Position numbers and translations under genes: made by a program. The notes beneath the pieces were generated by a model. It saw nothing but the letters and a program-made list of their open reading frames with translations, had not been told where the DNA came from and did no database searches. A stretch of 61,840 bases of DNA, counting the filler, from Sphacelaria rigidula (Eukaryota), in NCBI GenBank assembly GCA_964200075.2. It is 6 parts of 6 records of this genome, joined end to end, with 100 filler letters (N's around TTAATTAATTAA, not from the genome) between each part and the next. Parts side by side here need not be neighbours in the genome. Positions count along the whole stretch, not along the records: positions 51,619 to 61,840 come from CAXNAA020006904.1; 5 more parts are not named here. One strand, given 5' to 3'. Below, piece after piece: positions 61,508 through 61,840 of this stretch (position 1 is the stretch's first letter; each line of letters starts with the position of its first letter).

Positions 61508-61840
61508 TGTGACGGCGGATATCAGTCGCTTATATAGAAGGCGTTCTCGATGTGCGTAATATGGGCGATAGGTCGTATTCCAGCTGTACGGTAGTGTAGT
61601 TATATTCCAGTCGGGTTTTGCAGTATCACCCCACTGCCTGGTCAGTCGTGTTTAGCTACCTAGCCAAACCTGATGCAACGCTATCAGCCACCACTTGGAG
61701 ACATCTCGCTTGCAAGCAAGTCAGGAGCACCTCTTCTGCACGTGAACGTGAGCCTGTGTTTTGCATGATGCATGCAGTGCTGTTTGAACCGAACTCTGGT
61801 GAGTCTCTGGTGCAACACCGTTGTGTGCTGCAGTAACGGT
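61508..61840 (+). repeat. 3' LTR (truncated by the window end)
   Basis: Preceded by the polypurine tract at 61496-61507. Confidence 0.93.

Larger units (their letters stand above)
55018..61840 (+). mobile_element. Non-autonomous LTR element (LARD-like) inserted in the gypsy integrase; 3' LTR runs off the contig
   Basis: Direct repeats starting TGTGACGG at 55018 and 61508; PPT AAGAAAGGGGGA before the second copy only; no intact gag or pol between them. Confidence 0.8.

Noticed and set aside
33..61836. Most short ORFs in the six-frame track
   Set aside because: They are shadow frames of TEs or chance ORFs in ~50% GC DNA with no motif support

Overview
Eukaryotic, transposon-dominated DNA with about 50% GC and GT-AG introns. 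The repeat and TE style resembles brown algae (Phaeophyceae), but this is inference only. The window is not one locus. It is six unrelated contigs of 10225, 10224, 10224, 10223, 10222 and 10222 bp, joined by identical 100-nt N44-TTAATTAATTAA-N44 spacers, so nothing can be inferred across those junctions. Retroelement content: two decayed Ty3/gypsy elements, three Ty1/copia elements, a recently inserted non-autonomous LTR element, several LINE 3' fragments and two tRNA-derived SINEs. One copia has both LTRs, a PBS, PPT and TSD but no RT/RNase H, and is nested in an older copia. DNA-transposon content: a piggyBac relic, a hAT MITE, a GAG..CTC MITE family with 4-bp TSDs (Sola-like) and fold-back elements. 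Supportable host-gene pieces are two spliced exons of a histidine phosphatase (phosphoglycerate-mutase superfamily) and one exon of a multi-pass membrane protein. I found no convincing novel enzyme system. The most interesting structures are a spacer-less ~770-bp fold-back palindrome made from copia RT, a ~217-bp element with asymmetric subterminal inverted repeats found in two different retrotransposons, and an LTR element with 98.8%-identical LTRs around a wrecked interior.
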